64,000 nucleotides of DNA. It comes from Octopus sinensis (taxonomy: Eukaryota). The stretch is from positions 27,714,001-27,778,000 of the forward strand of contig NC_042997.1 in assembly GCF_006345805.1 (NCBI RefSeq), given 5' to 3'. The position numbers and the translations under genes were made by a program. Shown in pieces: positions 52,347 through 64,000 of this stretch. How positions within the stretch are numbered: the first letter of the stretch is position 1; the number at the start of each line of letters is the position of its first letter. The notes beneath the pieces were generated by a model. The model had not been told where the DNA came from. It saw nothing but the letters and a program-made list of their open reading frames with translations, and searched no databases.

Positions 52347-52873
52347 TATCATAAGTTGAAGACGGGAAGGATGACTTCCCTTCACAAATACTGATAGGGC
52401 ACAGAAAGTGTGTCTATAGCCAGCTGGAGGAGGTATCTTCCTGGGGCTACAAACTACAGTAGCATCCACCCTTAGGGGTCAGCCATATTCAAATGGCAAA
52501 TATGCGTCACGATGTGTTACCGCTACTGTTTATAACTCGCTCTGAGATTTATCATTATAAGCTGGCTCTCTTTAGCTAATTTGCCGCCTTCGTGGACCAA
52601 TGCAGATGAAATGAATTAATGAATTAAACAATCTGATCCACAATCCGAATTCTATGCAGAGTTGCTATATTTCATAGACACAGTAGAATGGTAGATTATT
52701 ACTTTAATGCAGGACGCAGACAAACACTTCATGTATTTGAATTAATGTTATTAGAAGGGGGGAAACGCCGCAAATGTTCACAAACAGCAAATAAGTAAAC
52801 ACAGTTGTGAACTCTTTCGCTCGAAATAGATTAACGTTATGCGGCGGTGGTGGTGTTTTTAAGTAATCAAAAC

Positions 52874-52909
<36 letters not shown>

Positions 52910-52931
52910 CACCACCACCACCACCACCACC

Positions 52932-52965
<34 letters not shown>

Positions 52966-52985
52966 ACACCACCACCACCACCACC

Positions 52986-53021
<36 letters not shown>

Positions 53022-53163
53022 GCTGCTCCTGCTACTACTACTACTACTACTACTACTACATACGCACAGAATATCTCTCACACACACGCACACACACACC
53101 AACACACGTTTGACTACATAATCGGCTTGTAAAACAGATGGACACTTGACCTACCTACCTACC

Positions 53164-53195
<32 letters not shown>

Positions 53196-54084
53196 TACAT
53201 ACACACACGTATATATAAATGTATATATGTATATATATATATGTGTGTTTATACAGATGTATAGATATGTACACACATACACACACAGACACGCACACAC
53301 ACATGTTTACCTACAATCATATATTCACTCACACACACACGCACATATATTCATGCCATATTATTATACATTCGTATGGATTCATTTTCACGAATGTATA
53401 TAACAGAGAACGTTAAAATGATGCGCGGAAATCGCACGAATTCTTCTCACTCTCTGCCATCTCTCTTCTGCTGTTTGTTTTCCTTTTACCATTTCATTCG
53501 CAGTCCCTTTCTGAGACATACCATCACACACAGAGAGACAAGCAGGAGTTTGATGATGTACTGTAATTTGATCATCGTAATGAAATCGAACATTTGTTTT
53601 GTTGCTGCTTCTGTCACTTCGCCATTTGTTTCCAATCGATATACAATGCATTCAAATAACCAGACAAGCCCAAGCGATCGATGTGAGCGATGGACAGACA
53701 GAGAAATTCGGAAATAATATGTGAAATGAACGCCACGAAATAGAAGAATCTGTCATCTATCAAACACTACTTGGATATATTCCCCAACTGTGTTTATTTT
53801 CATTTCTTTTCATCAATAAAGCCATTGCATAAAGTTTATCACATTATCGATACGATCGAAACCGCCTACATTTTACATTAAGGCTAGTGATTGCAAGAAA
53901 ACAAAAAACAAAAAACAAAAATAAAAAACAAAAATAAAACTATTGCATTTTTACTCCTTTCACTATTGATTCTATCGAGATATCTTGATGGAATTCTGTT
54001 TGACAGCCCGCTTCATAAATATTCGAAAAAGAAAAAAATAAAGAAAAATATTTTGTTTGTATGGAGTCATTGTGGCTAATAAAA

Positions 54085-54110
54085 ATCATCATCATCATTA
54101 TTATTATTAC

Positions 54111-54167
<57 letters not shown>

Positions 54168-54217
54168 TATCATTATTATTAATGATAATAATAATAATAA
54201 TAGTAATAGTAATAATG

Positions 54218-54253
<36 letters not shown>

Positions 54254-54268
54254 GTAATAGTAATAATG

Positions 54269-54322
<54 letters not shown>

Positions 54323-54331
54323 GTAATAATG

Positions 54332-54373
<42 letters not shown>

Positions 54374-54388
54374 GTAATAGTAATAATG

Positions 54389-54421
<33 letters not shown>

Positions 54422-54436
54422 GTAATAGTAATAATG

Positions 54437-54481
<45 letters not shown>

Positions 54482-54496
54482 GTAATAGTAATAATG

Positions 54497-54579
<83 letters not shown>

Positions 54580-54585
54580 AATACC
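54085..54585. repeat. (ATT)n then (AAT)n microsatellite with recurring agtaat/gat interruptions
   Basis: Seen directly. Confidence 0.95.
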
Positions 54586-55114
54586 GTTATTATAGTTGCT
54601 GATATTATTGACAATGATGGTGGTACTGTTGTTGTTGTTTCATGTCCTGGCCTCATGTATTTAGATTACATTTAGTTGATTTTTTTTTTTTTTTGGTAAA
54701 TTGTACAGAAGGATTACAAAGAAAGGTGAGCAGTTTATTATATTTTTTCGCTCAATTTAGCGAAAGAAAAACAGTTTTGAATACGTTTAGTTCAACCTAC
54801 AGAAAAAGGTCGATGAAAAGTAGCAACGTGTTTCTTAGAAGAAAACTTTGATAACAAAAAAAAAAACACACACACACAAAAGTTTAAAAAGTGTGAAAAA
54901 GCGCAAAAAAAGTTGACAAAATTTTGAAAGATCACATACATTTCAAAATAAAAAACAGTAGTGGTGTTTCTGCAGATTCTGATATTAATAAGAACGATTT
55001 TGGCGTCGCATTTTGCAATGACAAAACATTAACAATAGCAACGGCAGAATCAATGCAACTACAGTTCTTGTGTATAGGTGGAGTAAGAACAAGAACAGGG
55101 GACGAATGCTCTAT

Positions 55115-55203
<89 letters not shown>

Positions 55204-55205
55204 CA

Positions 55206-55257
<52 letters not shown>

Positions 55258-55266
55258 CATACATAC

Positions 55267-55368
<102 letters not shown>

Positions 55369-55375
55369 ATATATA

Positions 55376-55513
55376 TGTCGAACGGGAACGTGAAACTCCG
55401 AGTAATAGGTTTTGTTGAATTTCTGCTGCTTTTAAATAAAGCATATTACTCTACCCCTGGTATTTGAGTACTCTTTTTTACACCTTGTTTCACATTTATG
55501 TGTTTACTCCGGT
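55376..55513 (+). mobile_element. Family P3 repeat, single arm, with a truncated hammerhead core
   Basis: gtcga-acgggaacgt-gaaa-ctccgag-ta, followed by ttttgttgaatttctgctgct...gtgtttactccgg matching 21343-21470. Embedded in (TA)n. Confidence 0.75.
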
Positions 55514-55594
55514 ATATATATATATATATGTCGTTTTGTTTACCATGTAGGCAGTCATCGAAATTTTTGTTTGTCTTGTTGTCGAGAGAGGCTC

Positions 55595-55687
55595 CCTTTC
55601 TTTCCTGATGAGAAGATTGCATAATGCACCCTTTATTCCTTTGGAATGAAACTATGTTGTCTTCGAAACATATGTCGGGAGTAAAGG
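55595..55687 (+). ncRNA. Type I hammerhead ribozyme motif, complete core, GUC cleavage triplet
   Basis: Stem I cctttctttc/gggag(t)aaagg; CTGATGA 55605-55611; stem II gaagattgcata/tatgttgtcttc (11 of 12 pairs); GAAA 55665-55668; palindromic ACATATGT; predicted cut after 55676. Confidence 0.87.
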
Positions 55688-56499
55688 AATTTTGTTAACA
55701 TCTTCGTTCGACTCCATTCTTTCATTTATTCATATACAACACAAATTTCTGCACATGAACCCGGAGTTTCTACCCTTGGACAGGTCGCTTCAACCATGTT
55801 TCTGACGTGAATTTGCTACCCTGGTTTCGGTTCAACGAATTTTCCATGCTGACGATAAACATAGGATAATTCATTCACCTATTTATATATATATCTATAT
55901 ATATATATATGTGTGCGTGTGTGTGTGTAACTACACATACACACACATATATTTATACTTGAATATTTATCATCTGAACATTTTCAGTATTTGCCTTTTC
56001 CTTAATTACATATATACATGTATATATAGTCTGTACATCAATCCCAAGGATTTATATCTCTTTATTTTCCTCATTTCTCCTAGATTCCTCTTAATAGCCA
56101 AACTTTACCCCGCTGATTTGGTCCTCGGTAAAAATTTTGGAATGTAAGTTCATTGAAAACAGATGAATAGGCAAGCTGAGTTATGCATCAAACACCTGCC
56201 TATAACATAACGTCACACTATTTGGGTCGAAGAAATTCGTAACTCAGCCATCAAAAATGTCGAAGAGGAGTTGATCCAGGACGTAGTAACCTTCGTAGAC
56301 AATATGAGCAGGTGATCAACTCTGACTCATCTTTTGGCGGTACATATTTCGAAGGTCTCATTACAGATGATTAATTCCTCATGACAACGCATATGCATAT
56401 AGATACGCTTGTTCTCATATTTATATGTGCTATATATGTACAATCTATGCTCTCACCCCATCTCTCTCTCTCTCTCTCTCTCTCACGCACACATAAATT

Positions 56500-56900
56500 T
56501 CAAAAAAAAAAAAAATAACGGTCACACACGCGGAATTGTACTCTGACATGCTCCCTTTCTATTTCATTCTGGTCCTTTTCTCCTATTACGCACTTTATCA
56601 CCCGTTCTTTATTCACTGCCTTTAGAGGTTTTTCTGTGCCGCTCTCTAAATACTTTACCAGGCTTTTTCTTTCCATCTGTGCACATTCTTCTGCTGCTAC
56701 TAAGCCCCTTCCAACTTGGTTTCTCCTCAATAACAGCTGGTTGATATCAGCATTCGGATGGTCGGCTACACGCATAGTCACCAACTTGTTAGTTTTTCTG
56801 TCAAATTTTTTTTATATCGTTTTGGGTCCAGCCTATAATTCCAACTCCATATCTGCTTAAGGTTACTGCTCTTGAATTTATTGCACAAATTCCTACCCCA
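56500..56900 (-). mobile_element. R4/Dong-type LINE internal fragment
   Basis: HPNADINQLLLRRNQVGRGL matches the HPxAD..RLY..R..GGRGL motif after the RT. Confidence 0.7.
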
Positions 56901-58940
56901 TAGCTCGTGTGGTGGTGGTGAAATTCTGGGATTGCCTCATTAAGCTATACCGTCCGATGAAAGAGACTTTTTCCTGCTCAGGAAGATCGCCTCCGGTAAT
57001 CTGGCAGGGTCACCCAAGGCGGGCTGGTAGATGTCGAACCCAAACCGGCAAACGGGGTTCTGGTTACCTGCATGGGGAAGAGCATAGCTGGTGTGAAACA
57101 TTGGCGGAAGAACTGTCAACCTAATCAACGGTAAGGTGCACAAGATGCTGCGCAGAGTAAACCAAAACAGATCAATGGTCAGAGTCAACCAGTTTAGTCA
57201 GAGAAATACTGCGACCATCAATAGGCGTGGCTTACACTGATGATTATACTGAAGTATCGAAAGACTAGTCATGAATATAAATCATTCCAGAAACTCATAC
57301 CACATCGATCGTCGCGCGGGCTACCAAGGGTCACGACCAGGGACGCCGGTTCAGGCACTTGCGTTCGATAAATCAGCTACAGAACCAAAATCGAAATTTG
57401 TCAGATGTAATCATCCTGTTAAAGTATCGACTTTCAATGTAAGAACTTTGAAAACTATGTCTCAAATATCAGAACTTGATGCATCGGCTATCAATTTTCA
57501 TATTGACATCTTCTGTGTATTCCATAATGATCACGATTTAAAGCATCATGTACTCGATAACAACTGGACTTTTATGTCTGTACTTGCATGGAAAAATTCC
57601 TTTAATAGCACCATCGGCAGTGTAGGATTATTACTCAGCCCGCATACCCTGAGATCACTAAACAGCATTGAAAAAATAACGTCGAAAATAATAGTCGCTA
57701 ATTTCAACGGTAACCCTTCTACTATTGTAACCTGCTGCTAGAGTCCAACAAATGTCAGCGATGAACAAGAGGTCATAAATGTTTACAATGATTTATCGTC
57801 TCTTGTATGATCTATACCAAAACACAACATCCTCATCATTGGCGGAGATATGAAGGCACAATTAGTTCATCACAATCCCCATCATAAGAATTCGTTCCAT
57901 CAAAGCTCAAACTGAAATGGAGAACACTTAGAGCACTTCTTGGTAGAAAACAAACTTCAATGCCTGAACACTTATTTTCTGAAGAGACCGGGAAAGAAGT
58001 GGACCCATACTTCCCTAAACGGATTCAAAGCTCAGATATACTATCTTATCATGAACAAAAAGTGGATTAACAGCCGCCACAACTGTGAAGCATACAATGC
58101 TTTCTTTGGTGTATCATCTGGACATCGAGTGGTAACATCTAAGCTTCAGGTAATCCCCCTAACAAACAAGATAAAAGGAAGCTCAAGACCGCCCTACAAC
58201 TTGGCTATTCTGATTTTCAACGAGAAAGTGCGAAATATTTTCACGAATGCATCTTGTCAATCGCTTCGCTGCGTGACAAGATGAAAACAAAGATCATACA
58301 CCAAACACAACATATCCCATCTTCGTCCAAGCTCATTATGAGGCTTCTCAAAAATGCATCCCTTTGAGACCAAAAGTATAACGAAGAACCCTATGGAAAA
58401 GCGACACAGTGCTCGCAAAAAGAATTAACATAAAGGAAATAAATAAACAGCACAACAGGAATTCTACGAAAAGAAACTTAAATAGAAAAGCGAAGCCAAA
58501 CCGACAAAATCAAAAATGCAGCAGACAACAAAGTCTTTCTTAGCTTGGCAGACAGTAAATGGAGTGGTCGGAAGAAATCCTCCAAACACAAATTGAAATG
58601 GAGAACACCAAAATGTTACGTGCAGTGCTTAACATTTCTTGGATGGAGCACCCAACAAAACAACGGTTACATTGGAATGTACCAACTTTCTCATCAACCA
58701 TCCAAGAGCGGAGATTGAGGTTTGCTGGCCGCTGCTGGAGAAGTAAAGAACTTGGGAGTAATGTGTTGCTGTGGACACCAAATTATGGTACCACAGCGGC
58801 TGGAAGACCAAGTAAGACGTATACACAGCAGCTTGCAGATGTTGGATGCCAAGTTGAAGACCTAAAAACACTAATGGAAGATCGGGAGGGATGGAAGGAG
58901 GTAGTCAGGCTGGCTCGGGCAATCAGCCTGACTGGATGAT
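56900..58940 (+). mobile_element. RTE-clade LINE with 5' UTR and APE endonuclease but the RT domain deleted; disrupted
   Basis: VSTFNVRTLK (APE start), IIGGD, NTYFLKRPGKKWTH, then a jump near 58595 to the C-terminal MLRAVLNISW...RRLRFAGRCWRS...GRPSKTY...MEDREGW and a gatgat tail. Confidence 0.85.
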
Positions 58941-59589
58941 GCCTCGATAACATTTTGGGAATTCAGCTTTGACTGCAATAATTTTTTTACTTTCCTTGTG
59001 TACTCACTACAGGTAATTTGTTTCATTGCTTCATTTTTAAAATTTTGTCTGCTTCCATTATTCCCAAGTACTTATACCACTCTCCTTTCTCAACCGCTCT
59101 CATTGTTTGCCCATTTGGCATTTCAATTCTCTTCCTTCGTTCAAATCTTCCTCGTTTCATTTTCAATATAGCGCACTTTTCTATCTCCAATTCCATTGCT
59201 AACGAACTAGGTGTTTACAATTGATTCTCCGCATAAACAAAAATTTAATTTGATGAAATAAAATTTTAATAGAAATTCTCGTGTACATATAACTTCTTAA
59301 TGCTTGAATTCCTCTCCTAAGAGTTTAATAGAAAAATGATGAAGTTTAGTTCTATTTTGGGACGGAATTTATGGTATACTGTACTTAACCAGTATAAAAT
59401 CAGAAGCTGATAGTTCACGCCTCGGGAAAACTAAAATTGTAGAAAACAACGCATTTTACGCACAAAACAAAATTATAACACTATTTTAATTGCAACACAA
59501 AATATTAGATGTAACCACGGGCATAAAATAAAAAGATTAAGATTTTCATGTTGTTTTTTAATTATGGCTGAAGGTTAGAAATTTCGGAA

Positions 59590-59757
59590 GAGTCGGTTAG
59601 ATCGATCCAAGTAATCAACTGGTAATTATTTTATTGACCTCGAAAGGATGAGAGGTAAAGTCGACCTAGGGGAAATTTGAACTCGGGACGTAAAAACGAA
59701 CGAAATGTCGCTAAGAATTTTGTCCGGCGTGCTAATGATTCTGCCAGCTCACCGCCT
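59590..59757 (-). mobile_element. SINE family B
   Basis: Reverse-complement match. Confidence 0.75.
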
Positions 59758-60450
59758 TCAGGAGTATTTTAATACTGAATTTAAATATATGGCATAGAAA
59801 TGTCAACAACAACAACAACAACAGCAGCAGTACGCTTAATAATAAATGTAAATTTGAAGAACGGAATGATTTTCTTTGCAAATGTCCTTTCAAACCAAGA
59901 AAACCCCCTCTCAATGTGGAATATTTACTGAAAGATTAAAAGCCTGGCAGCATTGCGAACTTAAAACAGCCTCACACAGTCTCTCACAGAGGAGTACGAA
60001 AAGAGGTAACTACGCTACGTGTACCAAGGCAACATGTACCTGTTCCATTAAAGTGAGAGTTACTACCAGCCCTGGTAGAATTAAAGTTGAAATATCCTTT
60101 ATTGAAAGAGAAAGGGTATATGACACCCTATATTTCATTTGAAAACAAAGGGCGCAGCAACCTGTATTTCCAAACTGTACATAATACACTTTCTCGTAAG
60201 ATACTCTCACAGTACTTGAGAAAGATGTGCACAAGAATTCATGTCAATGACATCTGTATCTTAATCTCGTGGTACAATGTGGGTAGGTGGACAGTGCAGG
60301 GTAGCCAGCGCAGATAGGACATTTGGCGGCATGTTGTCAGGAAAAATTATCACGCTAATTCGTGAATCCCCATTGATCCAATTATATATTTTACTATGTC
60401 TTCATCCCTCCTCTTTCCTCTAGTCTTTGCTTGTCCATTCCGCTCTATGT

Positions 60451-60528
<78 letters not shown>

Positions 60529-60829
60529 GTCATCATCATCTATTTTATTTGCTCAGCTTCTAACCCTGGGGATGTATTACATTTTCAGCTGTTTATAACC
60601 AGTGAACTGAGGTAACTTGCCTTATTTTTCAAGCACCCTCCTGAGTATTTGAGCTGTTCCACGCATTGAAGTTTTCCGCAAGTGCTCCACCTATAACGCA
60701 GCTCCTGTTTGTTCAATGTATTTCACAAAATTTTTACTTAGTCTTCTTAAGACTCCGACAATTATTATATTACTGCTACCCTTTTCAGCGACTACAACTA
60801 ATTAACATTTCAAGGTGACCCGTCACATC

Positions 60830-61140
60830 TATTTACATTTTATTTCACTTTATCGCATGCCTTGTCAGCTAGACATGCGATATCTATGATCCAGCGCTAT
60901 TTGCTTTCTTGTCATTTTGTCTGGTTTCCATTTCTCTGTCTTATGGTTACACTGAATTATAAAATACCACAGGATCTTTGCATTATAATTTTCAATGATG
61001 CCTGCGGATTTATGTTTGTATCCCTTTTATGCTCTATTAGAACCATATTCCTGCAAAGTGCCGAATGGACTATTCTTGCTATAGTTTTATGCTGTCTTAT
61101 ATTCTCTTTGAGTAAGTGTTATATTCACTGGTAATAAGCA
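60830..61140 (-). mobile_element. Degraded R4/Dong-type LINE fragment
   Basis: Pieces such as IIENYNAKILWYFIIQCNHK resemble the ENxxxKILWDFxIQCDH motif before the RLE. Confidence 0.6.
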
Positions 61141-61763
61141 CTGAGTTTCCCCAGTCTCTCCACAAACTCGGCACTTAGAGCTTTCTGTTGAGTGGTTTAT
61201 TCTTCGTCTGATAGAATTAGTCTTCAATCTTTGCTCTTAAGCATCAAATACACCAAATACACGTAGAAATACCCACATAACCCGTTTAATCTCCATACTG
61301 GTAAAAATAGGAAAAACCTGCTTCAATGGTTCAACCACTAATGTTATATTACCTGAAGAAATGAATAAATGATTATGATCAACCGGATGCCCACGGTTGA
61401 TCATCCGAGGAGTGTGGACATGTGATCTTAAAAGTCATGTGATTTGTGGAAACGCGCGTAGCGATGCATTAAGTGTTTATAAATTCCATCCCTATCTTCG
61501 AAACGCGGACTAATTAAAACAGGGGACAATTAATAAAGGGAATGTTCTTTATGTTGCCCTGTCTCGTTTCACTATTTGTTTCTTTCGTTGCTAAAAAAAA
61601 AATTCATTTTCCATGCTTTTGCTTTTTATGTTCTCGTTTCTCATTTTGTTCACGCTTTTTGACATCCTGTACTCATATATGCATGTATATATACATATAT
61701 ATGTAGGCATGTACATATATGCGTGTATATATGCATATATATATATTATTTATATATGTATAT

Positions 61764-62680
61764 GTAAGTCAAAAATTGTACATACTCTTGTTTCTATACT
61801 ATATTAAAACAAAAGTAGGGATTGAGGAATTGCATCATTTTGCGATTAGTCTCCTTGCTCTTGGTTGGAACTCTTCGAAGCTTATTTCATCGGAGAAGGT
61901 TTCCGGGTGGTTGCGCTGTCATTTATGCATCTCTTGCTGCATTGCGTTCTCTTTAGCGAAACCACGATCTCGTAAAGAATATTTAAGTGGCCCAAAGACG
62001 TAATAATCGGAAGGAGCGATATCTGCAGTTTATGCATCGATTTCAGTGATTTCGACGGTTTGGACGGCCGTAAGTAGGCGTACATTTTTGCACAATAATA
62101 GCCAAAACTATAGACCTCGGCGTTTGGAGCAAATTGCTGGTTTAAGTCTGTTGGTAAACATTTCTCTGTAGCTGGAGGTTGTAGACCCATTCTCGGTAGA
62201 CTTCCATTACAGGCCCTTCTTTAAACGGTTAGGTTCACTATTTCAGCGGAAGTTTGTGTCTTGAATTTATTTTTCTTTGGTTATTCTGAGTGATTCCACT
62301 CCATACTCTGCCTTTTGGATTCTGACGCAAAGCGATGAACCCATAATTCCCCTCCTGCGACTATTCTCTCTAAAAAAGCTTCGCTGTCATAGTAGGACCG
62401 GTTGTGTAAGCGTTGAAAGACCTGCACACAGTTGTGCAGCCAATTTAGTACCCATCTCACATAGACTTTACGGACGCGAAGCTTGTGGTGTATGATTTCG
62501 TACGCAGACACATAACTAATTTGCAGAAAACATGCCACATCATTATTCGCTTGAGTCACATACGCGCTTGTTGGATTTTCACGTTAGTGGTGGAGGTCGA
62601 CGAGCATATCGCACCTAAAGCCTGCGATGTATTTCACCTCTCGACATATCTTCAGACAATAAAATCGGGTTACAATTCTC
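61764..62680 (-). mobile_element. Degenerate mariner remnant, same family as 35655-36625
   Basis: EIIHHKLRVRKVYVRWV, FLERIVAGGELWVHRFASESKRQSMEWNH and DIAPSDYYVFGPLK. The 3' end resembles that of the 36.5-kb copy. Confidence 0.75.
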
Positions 62681-62870
62681 TGTTCTTCCTAGGAGTGTAC
62701 TGCCAGCGGAATGAGAAAGAAAAGTAAAGTGAATAAAGTCAAACTCGGTTTCACAACCACAAGAATAATACCTTTAAGCATGCAAGTGCTGAATGCAGTG
62801 TAAGCCAATCTAAAGAAAGTTTTGATGAAAGTGTAGTTAAATTTTGGCTTCCCCTCGTCTCTCTCTCTCT

Positions 62871-62936
<66 letters not shown>

Positions 62937-62971
62937 ACACACACATACACACACACATATATATATACATA

Positions 62972-63111
62972 GGTGTAGGATTGGCTGTGCAGTTCCGGGT
63001 TCAGTCCCACTGCGTTGCACCTTCTACTATAGCCTCGGGCCGACCAGAGACTTGCGAGTGGATTAGATATGGTAGACGGAAACTGAAAGAACCCCGTCGT
63101 ATATATGTATA

Positions 63112-63185
<74 letters not shown>

Positions 63186-63790
63186 TGTGTGTGTGTTTGT
63201 ATATCTGTGTTTGTCCCCCCCAACATTGCTTGAAAACCGACGCTGTTTGCGTTCCCGCAACTTAGTTATTCGGCAAAAGACAATGATAGAGTAAGTACTA
63301 GGCTTACAAAGAATAAGTCCTGGGGTCGATTTGCTCTACTAAAGACGGTGCCCCAGCATGGCCACAGTCAAATGATTGAAATAAGTAAAAGAGTAATATA
63401 TATAGGCACAGGCGTGGCTTTGTGATAAGAAGCTACATGCCACTTAGGGTATGTGTCTTCTACTATAGCCACGGGTCGGCCAAACCTTGTGAGTAGATTT
63501 GGTAGACGGAAACTGAAAGAAGCTCGTCATCTATATATGTATTTGTGTATTGTCTTTGTGTATTGTCATATATATATATGTATTTGTGTATTGTGTATTG
63601 TCATATATATATGTATTTGTGTTTGTCTTTCAGCCTGTGTTGTTCCCCCATCACCGCATCACAATCGGTATTGTCAATCGGCAAAAGAAACTACATTAAG
63701 AAAAATATAAGTACTGGGTTGATTTGTTCGACTAAAACACTTCAAGGCGATGCTCCAGCATGGTCCCAGTCAAATGACTGAAACAAGAAT
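62972..63790 (+). mobile_element. Two adjacent diverged SINE family A copies
   Basis: Copies at about 62972-63395 and 63404-63790. Confidence 0.8.
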
Positions 63791-64000
63791 ATATTTTCGA
63801 TCGAATCACCAACGCGTTAATACAGGATCACCTAACAACAATGTAAACTTCATGTAACCAAGGTATCCATGGCCTGAAGAGTAGCTTGCAGCCTCCTCCA
63901 CGTTTGGGTACTTTACTACTTCCAAAGTTCCGCTATCTATGAAGCATATGGAGCCTGGATTTTATCTACTTAATTGCCTAATTTTTGAATGTATATTCGC

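Noticed and set aside
57230-57280. CTGATGA...GAAA hammerhead-like string before the RTE ORF
   Set aside because: Stem II closure, the 15.2-16.2 pair and stem I do not form.
61398-61466. CCGAGGA...GAAA-cgcgcg-TA hammerhead-like string
   Set aside because: Core mutated, no closing stem II and stem I out of register; at best a very decayed copy.

Overview
Repeat-dense eukaryotic genomic DNA, very probably from an octopus (coleoid cephalopod). That assignment rests on my recognition of the SINE families and the extreme (TA)n/(TATG)n/(AAT)n load, not on a database search. One intact protein-coding gene is supported: a minus-strand class A GPCR of the FMRFamide/sex-peptide-receptor-like group. It has two coding exons (43203-43495 and 20232-21246), a 21,956-bp intron and a 435-aa product, and an upstream 5' exon is implied but not located. 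The rest is transposon debris: mariner elements (one near full length), Penelope-like elements (PLEs), RTE, R4/Dong-type, CR1-like and L1/Tx1-like LINE fragments, tRNA-derived SINEs, a MITE and microsatellites. Most long ORFs in the supplied track are microsatellite artefacts. The most striking unannotated signal is a set of about ten type I hammerhead ribozyme motifs from several unrelated sequence families, nearly all with a palindromic or near-palindromic stem III. Four keep the full CUGANGA/GAAA/GUH core (24121-24213, 34696-34734, 52302-52346, 55595-55687). Several lie inside the GPCR intron. One family has also produced a perfect 59-bp fold-back hairpin just upstream of the GPCR 3' splice site. 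All RNA folds were done by eye and no activity is demonstrated.
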